From a bacterium BMS3Bbin13 (GTDB taxonomy: Bacteria; Pseudomonadota; Gammaproteobacteria; 21-64-14): a stretch of DNA of 64,000 nucleotides. Of the stretch, positions 51,281 to 59,317 are shown piece after piece. Where the stretch lies: positions 634 through 64,633 of the forward strand of contig BDTW01000052.1 in assembly GCA_002897735.1 (NCBI GenBank), read 5' to 3'. The notes beneath the pieces were generated by a model, which saw only the letters and a program-made list of their open reading frames with translations, did no database searches and was not told where the DNA came from. Within the stretch, counting starts at the first letter, position 1; each line of letters opens with the position of its first letter. A program made the position numbers and the translations under genes.

Positions 51281-53993
51281 CCTTACCTCCCGCGCCGCCG
51301 GCCTCGTTTTCGAGCACGCGGCACAGCGCCGGCAGCTCGCAGTAGCGGCATGTCTCGCCCGGGCGCTTGGGGTCGACCGCGGCGTCCCCGGAGCGGAACG
51401 CGCCGGCGAGTCGCACCAGGACCCGGCGCCGGTCCGCCAGCCAGGCCGCCCAGTCGTCCGCCGGATCGCCCGCCGCGGCCCCCGGGAGGCCCTTCGGGGG
51501 CCCGACGCCGGGCAGCAGGCCCTCCTCCTCGGCGAATCCGGCGAACCCGAGCCGCCCCGGCTTGAGCGAGGCGAACACCAGTGCCGCCGCCGGTGCGGTG
51601 TGCGCGTCGCCCTGCAGGGCCGCGCCATAGAGCAGCAACTGCGGATCGTCCGGGCGCTCGTCGAGCCACGCCGCGGGGCGGGCCTCGCCGGTCTTGTAGT
51701 CGATCACCACCCGGCGCCCGTCCGGGAGCCGGTCGAGGCGGTCGGGGCGCAGGTTCACCTCGAGACCGCCGAACTCCACGCGCCGTGCGCGCTCCTGCGC
51801 CTCGACGATGAACGGCGGACGCTGCGCCTCCAGCGCCAGCCACTCGAGCAGGAGCTGCACCAGGCGCCGCCGTTCCAGGTCGAGGAAGCGTTTTCCGAGC
51901 CCCGAGCGCGCGCGCGCGGCGAACGACGCGAGCACCCCGTCCACGACGCCCGTGACCCGGTCCCGCAGCGCCGCGGGGTCCTCGGCGCACAACGCCGCCT
52001 GCGACCCGAGCCCGGCCCACACCTCCTCGAGCACGCGGTGCACGAGCGTGCCGCGCTCGCGCGGGTCGAGCCCGGGGGCGGGTTGCTCCAGGGCGCGCGC
52101 GGCGAGGCGGTGCCGCGCGAAGGCGCGGAACGGGCAGGCCGCCTGGTCGCGGAACAGGGCGCTGCCGCCGGCGACCGCCTCGGCATCGGCCGGCGGCGGG
52201 GCTTGCTCGTCGATCCGCCGCTCCGGTTCGGGTGCGGCGTCCCGGAGCCGCCGGGCATAACCCACGACGGGGCTCGCGGGGAGTGACCCGGGCGCGGCCT
52301 CCGGCAGCGAGGCGATCAGCGGGCTGGGGCGCAGTTCCCGGTCGGCGTCGCGCTGCGCGTGCGAGACGACGACCCGCGGTGCGCTCGCGAGCAGGCGGTC
52401 GGTGACGCGCGCGGCGTAGGCGAGTTCCCGCGCGGCGTCCGCGTGCGGCATCCCCAGGCGGCGTTGGAGCGTGACCGGCAGGAACGGGTTCGGATCCGGT
52501 GCCGCCGGCCACGCCTCGTCGTGCAGGCCGGTGATCCACAGGTGGGTGAACCGCAACCCGGCGGCCTCCAACAGTCCCATCACACGCACCGGCGCCGGGG
52601 CCTCCTCGGCCGGTTGGAAGACGCGCTCGCGCGCCAGTTGCGCGATGTGCGTCAGGGCGCGTTCCGCGCTCAAGGCGCCGGTGACCTCACCGAGCCCGGC
52701 GAACGTCGAGAGCAGGTCCCGGAACGCCTCGACCGCCTGATACTCGGCACTGTCGAGACCGCGCCCGCCCGGCCAGCCGAGCGCCGCCAGGCGTCGTGCC
52801 CAGAGCCGCGCCCAGTCCGCCGGCGCGGCGCGGCGCGGCGCCGGATCGGCCCGCGCCTCCAGCCGTGCGAGCCCCGCCGCAAGCCGCGGGCACGGCTCCC
52901 ATCCCTCGCCCGTGCGCATCGCCAGGCCGCGGAGCAGGGCGATTGAGACCGTGGTCACGCCACGCCGGCGCAGCCGTGCGTCGAGCCGGGCGCGCGCGTA
53001 TGCCTCGACGGGGTGACCGGCGAGGAACGGCGAGCGCAGCAACGCGCCCGCCTCCTCCAGGGGGACGGCGCCGCGCGCGAGCGCCAGGACCTGCAACGCC
53101 GCGCGCACCACCGGGACCTCCGCGAGCGGCACGCCCAGGGAGAGGTGATAGGGGCGATGCCCGCCGGCCGCGCCCGGCAGGCCGGCGCCGGGGCGCAGGA
53201 TGCGCTCCAGCACGCGCTCGACCGCGGCCCGGTTGTGCGCCAGGTCCGGGACGACCAACCCGATCGGGCCCGCCGCACCGCCTTCCAGCAGGCCGCGCAC
53301 CCAGCGTGCCGCCGCTTCCAGTTCGTGTGCGGTGTCGGGGCGGTCGAGGCGCACCGCCGCGCCCGGCCCGGCCTGCGGTCGCCATACTTCGATTCCGGTC
53401 CCGGCCGCGCGCAACGCCTCCTGGAGCGCTTCCTGCTGCGGGTCGAATTCGTCGAATCCGGCCAGTACCACGTGCGCGGGCGCCTTCAGGCGCCCGTCGT
53501 GGAACGCCGCGATGAGCCGGTCGGGGAGCGTCGCCGAATCCAGCCAGCCGTAGCGCGCCAGGCGGCGGCGCAGCGCGACGCCCCAGCGCAGCAAGGCCTC
53601 GGCATCCGCATCGAGCAGTGTCTGGTGCGCCTCGAGCCGGCAGCGCCACGCCGCCAGCAGTCCCCACGCCTCGCGCGCGCGGCGCGCGGCCGCCGGCAGT
53701 TGCAGCAGGGCACCGCCCGCCTCCGATTCCTCGACCACCCCCTCCCAGAGCGCCGTCTCCTGGGTGGCGCTGAGCAGCATCGGCGGTCCCTCTCCCTCCC
53801 AGGCGCCCGCGTCCAGACCCTCCTCCCAGGTCCGTTCCAGCCACGCCGCATAGGGCAGGACGTGCGCGCCGGGCCAGCAGCCCGCGCGCGTCGCGCGATC
53901 CCGGTCATAGGCGTCGGCGAGGTGTCGCGCCAAGTGGCGGCTGGCGGTGAGGACCGTGGCGCCGGAGTCCAGCGCAGTGAACAGGGTTTCCAT
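51270..53993 (-). CDS. addB: AddB-type PD-(D/E)XK nuclease subunit (no helicase motifs)
   Basis: 907 aa; C-terminal VVIDYKTGE...LLLYGAAL nuclease motif plus Cys cluster C-x2-C...C; immediately upstream of addA. Confidence 0.7.
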   Translation of the reverse strand: METLFTALDSGATVLTASRHLARHLADAYDRDRATRAGCWPGAHVLPYAAWLERTWEEGLDAGAWEGEGPPMLLSATQETALWEGVVEESEAGGALLQLPAAARRAREAWGLLAAWRCRLEAHQTLLDADAEALLRWGVALRRRLARYGWLDSATLPDRLIAAFHDGRLKAPAHVVLAGFDEFDPQQEALQEALRAAGTGIEVWRPQAGPGAAVRLDRPDTAHELEAAARWVRGLLEGGAAGPIGLVVPDLAHNRAAVERVLERILRPGAGLPGAAGGHRPYHLSLGVPLAEVPVVRAALQVLALARGAVPLEEAGALLRSPFLAGHPVEAYARARLDARLRRRGVTTVSIALLRGLAMRTGEGWEPCPRLAAGLARLEARADPAPRRAAPADWARLWARRLAALGWPGGRGLDSAEYQAVEAFRDLLSTFAGLGEVTGALSAERALTHIAQLARERVFQPAEEAPAPVRVMGLLEAAGLRFTHLWITGLHDEAWPAAPDPNPFLPVTLQRRLGMPHADAARELAYAARVTDRLLASAPRVVVSHAQRDADRELRPSPLIASLPEAAPGSLPASPVVGYARRLRDAAPEPERRIDEQAPPPADAEAVAGGSALFRDQAACPFRAFARHRLAARALEQPAPGLDPRERGTLVHRVLEEVWAGLGSQAALCAEDPAALRDRVTGVVDGVLASFAARARSGLGKRFLDLERRRLVQLLLEWLALEAQRPPFIVEAQERARRVEFGGLEVNLRPDRLDRLPDGRRVVIDYKTGEARPAAWLDERPDDPQLLLYGAALQGDAHTAPAAALVFASLKPGRLGFAGFAEEEGLLPGVGPPKGLPGAAAGDPADDWAAWLADRRRVLVRLAGAFRSGDAAVDPKRPGETCRYCELPALCRVLENEAGGAGGKDGR

Positions 53994-54180
53994 GGGCCTG
54001 GGGTCGGCGACGGCGGTTCCGTGGACGCGCCAAGCGGCGTCCTTACATCATGCCATACCACCGGCGGGTTGCGCGGGGCGGGATGAACCCGGCGCGGAAA
54101 GCCGATATACTGCGCCGCGTCATTCTCCGGACCGCCGGCCCGCTTCCACCGCCCGGCCGGCGCACACCGCACACATCACG

Positions 54181-55812
54181 ATGCCGATCAGGACCTCACC
54201 GCCGCTCTGGGTATGGGGCTGGCTGCTGCTCACCGTGGGCATGCTCGCGTTGCGCACCGCCATCCCCATCGACGAGACCCGCTACCTTTCGGTGGCCTGG
54301 GAGATGTGGTGGCGCCACAGCCAGTGGGTGCCGTACCTCAACGGGCACACCTACGACGGCAAGCCGCCGTTGCTCTTCTGGTTGATGGAGCTGGGCTGGC
54401 TGGTGTTCGGGGTGCAGGCCTGGTGGGCGCGGCTGGTGAGCCCGTTGGCCGGGCTCGCCGCGCTCTGGATCACCGCACGGATCGCGCAGCGCTTGTGGCC
54501 CGATTCTCCGGCCGTGACCCTGGCGCCGACGATCCTCCTGGGCGCCTTTTATTGGGCGGTATTTTCCTCGGCCACCATGTTCGACCTGTTGCTGGCGGCG
54601 TGCGCGCTGCTGGCGATTCTGGGGCTGCTGCGCGTTTGGCAGGGCGGCGGCGACGCCGGGTTCTGGCTCGCCGGACTGGGCCTCGGGCTCGGGATCCTCG
54701 CCAAGGGGCCGGTGGTGTTCCTGCCGGTGGCGGCGGTCGGGCTGACCGCGCCGTGGTGGATGAAGGACAGCCGCCCGCCCGCCCTGACCTGGCGCCGCTG
54801 GTACCGGGGGTTGGGGCTGGCGACGCTGATTTCCATCGGCGTGGCGCTGCTCTGGCTGATCCCGATGGCGTTCCAGGGGGGGTTGCACTACTTCATCGAC
54901 ATGACCTGGCACCAGACGGTGGGCTACACGGTGCATTCCTTCTCGCACCGCCGGCCGTGGTGGTGGTACCTGCCGCTGCTGCCGGTGCTGCTGTTTCCGT
55001 GGTCGCTGTGGCCCGACGCCTGGCGCGCGCTGGCCCGGATCGTGCGCCGCCTCGACCTGCCCGAGGTGCGTCTGTGCCTGGTTTGGTCGGTGCCGGTATT
55101 CATCCTGTTCTCGCTGATCAGCGGCAAGCAGTCCCACTATCTGCTGCCGATCTTCCCGCCGCTGGCGTTATTGCTGGCGCGGGCCCTGACCGTCTACGAT
55201 CCGCCGCCCACCCGGTTCGTGCTGCCGGGGGTGGTGTTCCTGGTGCTCGCGGGGTGCTGGCTGTTCCTGCCGTTCGGCTCGCACTTCACCCACGCCCTGA
55301 CCTGGACCCGGGAGGTCCCGCTGTGGTTCGCGGGGGCGCTCGCCGCGGCGTTGGCGGTGATCGGTCTCGCCCTGATGCGGTGGCTGCGGCGTCTGGAGGT
55401 CGCGCGGCGTGCCCTGGCCCTGGCCGCGTCGACGTGGGTGGTCCTGTTGATCGTGGTCGGCGGACTGTTCCACGCCTCCTGGCCGGCTTACGACCTGCGT
55501 CCGGTGAGCGCCTTCCTGCGCAATCTCGCGGTGGTCGGCGCGCCGATCGCAGTGGCCGACCGTTCCTACCAAGGCCAATTCAACTTCTACGCCCGGCTGA
55601 AGGCGCCGGTCGCCGAGGTGCGGGGCCCGGCCTTGCTCGATTGGGTCCGCGCCCACCCGGACGGCTATGTGGTGGCCTATCGCTCGCTGCGTCACCGGCC
55701 CCCGCGTGGGCCGGCGCCCGTCTACCACCAGCTCTATCGCGGGAAGGGGCTGGCCGTCTGGAGCGCGGCGGCCATTGCGCGCGATCCCGGATTGATTCGA
55801 ACGTTCCATTAG
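54181..55812 (+). CDS. ArnT-like GT83 family glycosyltransferase (undecaprenyl-phosphate-sugar:lipid A / LPS transferase type)
   Basis: 544 aa from ATG about 54181; 12+ TM; DETRYLSVAWEMW and DGKPPLLFW motifs in the first periplasmic loop, as in ArnT/PMT-family transferases. Confidence 0.75.
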   Translation: MPIRTSPPLWVWGWLLLTVGMLALRTAIPIDETRYLSVAWEMWWRHSQWVPYLNGHTYDGKPPLLFWLMELGWLVFGVQAWWARLVSPLAGLAALWITARIAQRLWPDSPAVTLAPTILLGAFYWAVFSSATMFDLLLAACALLAILGLLRVWQGGGDAGFWLAGLGLGLGILAKGPVVFLPVAAVGLTAPWWMKDSRPPALTWRRWYRGLGLATLISIGVALLWLIPMAFQGGLHYFIDMTWHQTVGYTVHSFSHRRPWWWYLPLLPVLLFPWSLWPDAWRALARIVRRLDLPEVRLCLVWSVPVFILFSLISGKQSHYLLPIFPPLALLLARALTVYDPPPTRFVLPGVVFLVLAGCWLFLPFGSHFTHALTWTREVPLWFAGALAAALAVIGLALMRWLRRLEVARRALALAASTWVVLLIVVGGLFHASWPAYDLRPVSAFLRNLAVVGAPIAVADRSYQGQFNFYARLKAPVAEVRGPALLDWVRAHPDGYVVAYRSLRHRPPRGPAPVYHQLYRGKGLAVWSAAAIARDPGLIRTFH

Positions 55813-55905
55813 CCCGCCGGAGGATCCGGTTCGCGCGGCGCTTGGTGGCCCCCGCCCCATACCCTACAATCTCTCCGCCGACCCAACGACAGGATACCCG
55901 CCGAA

Positions 55906-56928
55906 ATGCCTCAGACCGCCGATCCGACCTCCACCATCCCCCGTGTCGTGCTCCTCGGCCTCGGCCGCTGGGGCGCCAACCATCTGCGCGTGCTGCGCGG
56001 GCTTCCCGTGGAACTCTACTGCGCCGACACCGATCCCGCCCGTCTCGCCAAGCTCGCCGAGACGGGCATTGCTCAGGAGCGCCTGTCCACCGATCCCTAC
56101 GCCTTCCTGGACACGGTGGACTGCGTGGTGGTGGCGACGCCGGCACAGTCCCACTATGAACTGTGCCGGCGCTACCTGGAGGCGGACAAGGACGTGTTCG
56201 TGGAGAAGCCGCTCACACTCACCTCGCAGGATTCGCGCGCGCTCGCGGAGCTGGCCGAGTCGCGCGGGCGGATCCTGCAGGTCGGCCACATCTTCCGCTT
56301 CGATCCGGCCGCGCAGTGGTTGAACCGGGCGATCGCCAAGGGTGAGTTCGGGAACCTCAAGATCCTGCGCGGCAACTTCAGCGGCTTCAAGCGCCCGCGC
56401 AACGACAGCGGCGTCACCTTCGCCGACGCCATCCACTTCGTGGACCTGTTCAACCTGTTCATGGGGGGACCGCCGGTGCGCGTGACCGCCATGCTCGGTG
56501 ACTTTCTCGGGCGCGGCATGGACGACGAGTCGTGGATCGCCCTGGACTATGAGACACCCGGCGGGTCGGTGGTCTCGGCCCTGATCGAGACCGGTTACCA
56601 CACCCCCGGAAAATACCGGGAGGTGAAGGTGCTGGGCGAGCGCGCCAGTGCGGTCTGCGACTTCAACGTCGCACAGTACAAGGTCCGCATGTTCGACGCG
56701 CACCACGAGGTCGGCCAGGACGGTATCGTGGCGGTGGAGGAGACCACCCGCCAGCTCGAGTTTCCACCCGAGGAGCCGCTGCTCGCCGAAGTGCGCGCGT
56801 TCCTCGATTCGATGACGAGCCGCACCCCCCCCCTGGCCGACGGCTGGGCCGGCTACTGGGCGGTGCGCGTGATCGAGCGCGCCCTGGAATCCGCGCGTGA
56901 GCGCAGGACACTGCCGCTGGACGCCTGA
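55906..56928 (+). CDS. Gfo/Idh/MocA-family NAD-dependent sugar oxidoreductase (GnnA/WbpB-like)
   Basis: RVVLLGLGRWGANHLRVL Rossmann N-terminus, EKPL motif, 340 aa. Confidence 0.8.
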   Translation: MPQTADPTSTIPRVVLLGLGRWGANHLRVLRGLPVELYCADTDPARLAKLAETGIAQERLSTDPYAFLDTVDCVVVATPAQSHYELCRRYLEADKDVFVEKPLTLTSQDSRALAELAESRGRILQVGHIFRFDPAAQWLNRAIAKGEFGNLKILRGNFSGFKRPRNDSGVTFADAIHFVDLFNLFMGGPPVRVTAMLGDFLGRGMDDESWIALDYETPGGSVVSALIETGYHTPGKYREVKVLGERASAVCDFNVAQYKVRMFDAHHEVGQDGIVAVEETTRQLEFPPEEPLLAEVRAFLDSMTSRTPPLADGWAGYWAVRVIERALESARERRTLPLDA

Positions 56929-56984
56929 GCCGTACGCCGCGTCCGGGCACCCCCTTCCCTTACCCTTCTCAAGGAAACGAGCCG

Positions 56985-58073
56985 ATGAACAAGATTCCCT
57001 TGTCGCGAGTGTTTTTGAACGACGAGATCCGCGAGGCGGCGATGCAGGCGGTCAATTCGGGCAGTTACATCCTGGGCCCCGAGTGCCGGGCGTTCGAAGA
57101 GGAACTCGCCCGTTACGTGGGCATGGAGCACTGCGTGCTGTCCTCGTCGTGGACCGCCGCGGTCATGCTCCTGCACCAGGCGATGGGCGTGTCCGAGGGC
57201 GACGAGATCATCATCCCCTCGCACACCGCCTTCCCGTCCGTCGAACCGCTGATCCACTGCGGCGCCAAACCCGTGTTCGTGGACGTCGATGAGAGCTATT
57301 GCCTGGACCCCGATGCGGTGGAGGCGGCGGTGACGCCGCGTACCGTGGGGATCCTCCCGGTCCACCTCTACGGCCACCCGGCGGACATGGACCGCCTCAT
57401 GGCGATCGCCGAGCGGCACAAGCTGTGGGTGATGGAGGACTGCGCCCAGGCCCACGGCGCGCGCTACCGCGGGCGGCGCGTGGGTTCCATCGGCACCGCC
57501 AGCGCGTTCTCGTTCTACCCGTCGAAGAACCTGACGGTGATGGGCGACGGCGGCTGCATCATGACCAACGACGCGCAGGTCGCGGAGAAGGTCCGCATGC
57601 TGCGCAACCACGGACGCAAGAGCAAGTTCACGCACGAGATCGTGGGCTACAATCTGCGCTTCAACGAGATCCAGGCCGCGATCGGGCGCGTGATGCTGCG
57701 CCATCTCGACACGCTCAACGCCCACCGGCGCGAAGTGGCGGCGCTGTATGACGAGCGCCTCGCCGGTCTCGTCGAGACCCCGCGCGAGCAGCCCTGGGCC
57801 GAGTCGGTCTACCATATGTACGTGATCCGCTCGCGCGATCGCGATGCGCTCGGCGCCTGGCTCAAGGAGCAGGGGATCGCCACCGGTATCCACTACCCGG
57901 TCGCCAACCACCGGCAGCCGGCGATCACCGGGCGCTACACCGACCTCCCGCGGCTGCCGCGTACCGAGGCGCTGGTCGAGGAGATCCTGTCGCTGCCGAT
58001 CTACGGCGAGCTGCCGCTGACGGATGTCGACCGCGTATGCGGGAAGATCGCCGAGTATCGAGGTTCCCGGTAG
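56985..58073 (+). CDS. DegT/DnrJ/EryC1/StrS-family PLP-dependent sugar aminotransferase (ArnB/GnnB/WbpE-like)
   Basis: 362 aa; SFYPSKNL PLP-lysine motif, DCAQAHGA, GYNLRFNEIQAAIG. Confidence 0.85.
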   Translation: MNKIPLSRVFLNDEIREAAMQAVNSGSYILGPECRAFEEELARYVGMEHCVLSSSWTAAVMLLHQAMGVSEGDEIIIPSHTAFPSVEPLIHCGAKPVFVDVDESYCLDPDAVEAAVTPRTVGILPVHLYGHPADMDRLMAIAERHKLWVMEDCAQAHGARYRGRRVGSIGTASAFSFYPSKNLTVMGDGGCIMTNDAQVAEKVRMLRNHGRKSKFTHEIVGYNLRFNEIQAAIGRVMLRHLDTLNAHRREVAALYDERLAGLVETPREQPWAESVYHMYVIRSRDRDALGAWLKEQGIATGIHYPVANHRQPAITGRYTDLPRLPRTEALVEEILSLPIYGELPLTDVDRVCGKIAEYRGSR

Positions 58074-58805
58074 ATGACCGGATCCGAGGTCAGCTTCATC
58101 GTTCCCTGCTATAACGAAAAAGGTAATCTGGGTCCGCTCGTCGAGGCGATCGAGGCCCAGGCCGAGGCGCTCGATCTCGACTACGAGATCGTCGTCACCG
58201 ACGATCGCAGTACCGACGGTTCCTGGGAGGTCCTGCAGCGGCTCGCACGAACGCACCCGCGCCTGCGCGGCCTGCGTCTCGAGCATAACTGCGGCGAGTC
58301 CGCGGCGATCTTCGCGGCCGTGCACGCCGCCCGCGGCGCGATCCTCGTCACCTTGGACGCCGACCTTCAGAACGACCCGAGCGACCTGCCGGCGTTCCTC
58401 GCCGCGCTGCGCGAGGCGGACTGCGTGTGCGGGACCCGCAAGCAGAGCCGCCGTGCCGGCGACGGCCGGCTGAAGAGCGTGGTCTCGCGCATCTCCAACG
58501 GCGTGCGCAGCCGCATACTCCGGGACTCGATCACCGACGCCGGTTGTACCTATCGGGCGTTCCGCCGCGAGTGTATCGATCAGGTGCCGTTCTTCAATGG
58601 CGTACACCGCTTCCTGCCGATCCTCATCGGGCTGCAGGGCTATCGCGTGACCGAGGTTCCGGTCACCAACCGGCCGCGGCACAGCGGGCGCAGCCACTAC
58701 GGCGTATTGAACCGCGCCGGTGCCGTGATCGATATGTTCGCCGTGCGCTGGATGAAGAAACGAATGATCCGCTACCGCGTCACCGAACACATCCCGCCGG
58801 AGTGA
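58074..58805 (+). CDS. GT2-family polyprenyl-phosphate sugar transferase (ArnC/LgmA-like), soluble-length form
   Basis: SFIVPCYNE, TDDRSTDGS (DxD), DADLQNDP; 243 aa and lacks the C-terminal TM pair of ArnC. Confidence 0.8.
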   Translation: MTGSEVSFIVPCYNEKGNLGPLVEAIEAQAEALDLDYEIVVTDDRSTDGSWEVLQRLARTHPRLRGLRLEHNCGESAAIFAAVHAARGAILVTLDADLQNDPSDLPAFLAALREADCVCGTRKQSRRAGDGRLKSVVSRISNGVRSRILRDSITDAGCTYRAFRRECIDQVPFFNGVHRFLPILIGLQGYRVTEVPVTNRPRHSGRSHYGVLNRAGAVIDMFAVRWMKKRMIRYRVTEHIPPE

Positions 58806-58812
58806 ACCCGCC

Positions 58813-59145
58813 ATGAACTGTGTATACAAAGGAGTCTGGCTTACCGACCCGCACCGCGTCCTCGGGATGGACTGGAGTTACCTGACCATCCTCGGACTGA
58901 TCGGCACCGTCACCTTCTCGATGCGCTTCATCATCCAGTGGCTGGCGTCCGAACGCGCCGGCAAGAGCGTGATCCCCACCAACTTCTGGTACTGGAGCAT
59001 CGGCGGAAGCCTGCTCATGCTGATCTACTTCACCTTCCAGCGCGATCCGGTGGGCGTCCTCGCCTACCTCCCCAACTCCGCGATCTACCTGCGCAACCTC
59101 TACCTGACCCGCAAGAACAAACGCAAAGGTATGGGCGCCGCCTGA
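58813..59145 (+). CDS. small membrane protein of the lipid-A-biosynthesis N-terminal domain type (LAB_N-like)
   Basis: 110 aa, 3 TM, follows the GT2 gene after 8 nt; architecture matches the small partners of ArnC-like transferases. Confidence 0.55.
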   Translation: MNCVYKGVWLTDPHRVLGMDWSYLTILGLIGTVTFSMRFIIQWLASERAGKSVIPTNFWYWSIGGSLLMLIYFTFQRDPVGVLAYLPNSAIYLRNLYLTRKNKRKGMGAA

Positions 59146-59317
59146 GGAGGCCCCCTTGAGCCGCCGCAAGCTGCCGCCGGGGCGGCGGCGGCTCGAACTA
59201 CCGGCTCAGCCACCTCCGAAAATCACCGCCGCCCAAGCCGAATCCGCCAAGCCGGGCTACCGCCGAGGACGCCGCGGCGATTTGTGAGGCTCCTCCCGGC
59301 CCGCGGGGACGCGGGGG

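Noticed and set aside
46892-51565. 1557-aa plus-strand ORF
   Set aside because: It is antisense to addA, which has clear helicase and nuclease motifs. The translation is Arg/Gly/Ala/Pro-rich with no motifs, the typical antisense artefact of 70% GC DNA.
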